Shown here one piece after another: positions 61,823 through 64,000 of a stretch of 64,000 bases of DNA; positions within the stretch are counted from its first letter, which is position 1; each line of letters opens with the position of its first letter. Position numbers and translations under genes: made by a program. The notes below the pieces were generated by a model that did not search any database, was not told the DNA's origin, and worked only from the letters and a program-made list of their open reading frames with translations. Source of the stretch: Macrostomum hystrix (taxonomy: Eukaryota > Animalia > Platyhelminthes); NCBI GenBank assembly GCA_950097015.1, contig CATNEN010000001.1, positions 1,240,001 through 1,304,000 of the forward strand, given 5' to 3'.

Positions 61823-64000
61823 GCCTTTGTTGCCTTGCTGAAATTTGTAAATCAAAAACAGTATTTCAATTACTTTTAAGTATTACTTTGTATATTAGAA
61901 TCAGATTAGTGTCTTAATAGGACAAAAGGTAAATCATATATATGAAAACTATGTGTTATCTTTTGAGACTTATCAAGGTAGGCACTATTGTAATCTGTAA
62001 TAATATTTATTTACAAGCCATGCTATCGAAAAATATTTCTTAGCATGCAAATATTTGGTTTAGTTTACTGGTTATTTACTAACAAAAAAGTTAAAATAAT
62101 AAGTCTTTTGCCATTATGGTTAGTTAAATTTAATGAAATTATTTCTAAGATTCATCTACATATTAAATATGAAGTTCTTTAATCCTAATATAAAAATACG
62201 CCTAGTAGTTACTTTCACTGTAAAGTATAAAAAAGCTATAAATATAAGATTGGAAGTATGTGAAAATTAGGCAACTCTAACCCATTGGACACAGCTGTAG
62301 GCCTTGCCTAGTATGTCCACTAGGCCTAACAATTATCAGTATGCCAAGGTAGGCCAACTTCGAATTATTCTTCTCGTTTTCCTTTTTCTCTTGCTGCGTG
62401 GACACAATGAATACTTAATTGCTAGCTAGGACTTAGCCTGCTATGATATTATTTAAAAGAATAAAATATTGTTGTAGAAACAATAAAACAATAAAAACGT
62501 ATTTATTGACAATATGATCTCGTAAAATACCACACAAAGAGAGAAGTCAGGATTTGCCTCGTTTATGTTTCAGCCTATGCACATGTTGTAAACGGTATGT
62601 ATGATTAAATTAGGAAAATATTTATAATGTTGCTAATATTATCTTTTAAATTATCGCCAGTTTCATAAAATACGTCGCTATCAACAAAGTGCCAAAGAGG
62701 CTTGACTATAGAGATACAAATCCGAGAATGGGGAATATTATAGTCTGGATTAGGGATAAATCGGAAATGATTAATGTATCGGGCCAGAAAGAAGAAAGAA
62801 GCAGAGCTTCTGCTTCAGCCACGAAATTATAAATCTAGCAACTGCAATGACAACTGAAATATCAGCTACAAGCCACGCACTTAGCAACCGACGAGCAGCC
62901 CAGCCAATCAAGAAAAGCACGCGCATATTATTCAACTCACGGTAGCATTAGCATATAATGAAAACGCTTCGTTCCTAAATAATTGATCTTTGTTTTATTT
63001 TCGTTTTTAACATAGCATTATACGCGTAACCAATCGTAGTAATCAATCAGCTTCACTAAATTGTGCTTCGTGATAATTATACGAATAAAATGAAATTATT
63101 ATTAATTATTCATAAATTAAGCTTTCTAAATGTTTTTTTTCCGAGAAACGAAGCGTCTTTCTTCTTCTTCTACATGTAGTCGTCCTTGCTCAAAAGCGTT
63201 GATTTTATTCGAGTGCAGTTGCTTGAAAGCAGCACAAGCTACAGTCTAGGGTCATAACCTCGGGATTTTAGCGTTGCGGCAAGCAAGTGCTGGAATAAAT
63301 AGGTAAGAGCTGAGACTGGGTGGGTAAAAAGAAGACTTGCTGGTGTGAGAGGGAGACTGGGTTGGATGAGATTGAAACAGGAAAATAATATTCCGTATAA
63401 TCTCACTTAAATCTGCAGTCAATATCCTGGAAATTTAGTAGTTGAATTAAAAATGAACAATGTTCTGTTTATACTACTGTTCAAATAACATCCGATTAAA
63501 AACATCAGCAGTTAGGTTGGTTTAATCAGTGTTGTAAAACGTGTTTACAAACTAGTTCGTACATTTAGCAAGTGCAATTTCACAGAGAGAATAACAAGGC
63601 ATGTGCGCGCACAATGGCTAAATTTCGTAAATATAAAAATGTAACAGCATAAATCATGAACACATACTTTACATAGAGGCAAAAATACAAGTTTCGATTT
63701 AGTGTTTAAGAGGCATTTTTACAATTAAAGAACTGCAGTTTTTTGGAGAAGTTTTCAGTCACTGGTTGATCTTAAAAACGTATTTAATTTAATAATTTTA
63801 CATAAAAAGTCAAATACCTTCTGCGAGGCAGAGGCAGGTAACTTGATTTGAATTGGATTGCTTCTCGGGCGAATGCATTATTTGAATACATGAAAAACCA
63901 GAAGTTGTTTTTTCTGATAATAATGTAAAATGTTACGCGTGCATCTTGAAATCTCTAATTGCCATGATCTTTAATGCCTACTTAAAGTAGCGCGATATGA

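Overview
Eukaryotic (metazoan) genomic DNA with GT-AG introns, AT-rich intergenic DNA, GC-richer exons and roughly 40% of the window in short tandem arrays. The landscape suggests a free-living flatworm such as Macrostomum, but this is inference only. Supportable genes: an intronless invertebrate-type dopamine receptor (Dop1R2/INDR-like, +); a divergent ribosomal protein uL14/RPL23 (-); a secreted lectin with five atypical C-type lectin domains (6 exons, -) and a one-domain paralog; a WSC-domain pseudogene (2 copies); an unknown multi-exon gene X (2 copies); and a complete 7-exon nicotinate phosphoribosyltransferase (NAPRT, -). A tandem segmental duplication (copy A about 24371-37444, copy B about 37445-46220) has its breakpoint at a 4-bp microhomology in a satellite. 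It gives an internal control showing a minisatellite present as 1 unit in one copy and 10 perfect units in the other, array lengths changing several-fold, and a lectin switching between 5 and 1 domains. Other highlights: an intronic array built from a repeated 3' splice junction, families of arrays sharing core motifs, a triple-nested MITE stack upstream of the RPL23 ATG, and a tRNA-derived SINE family with a conserved hairpin. Most very long ORFs in the track are repeat artefacts. All coordinates were read by eye and array boundaries are approximate.
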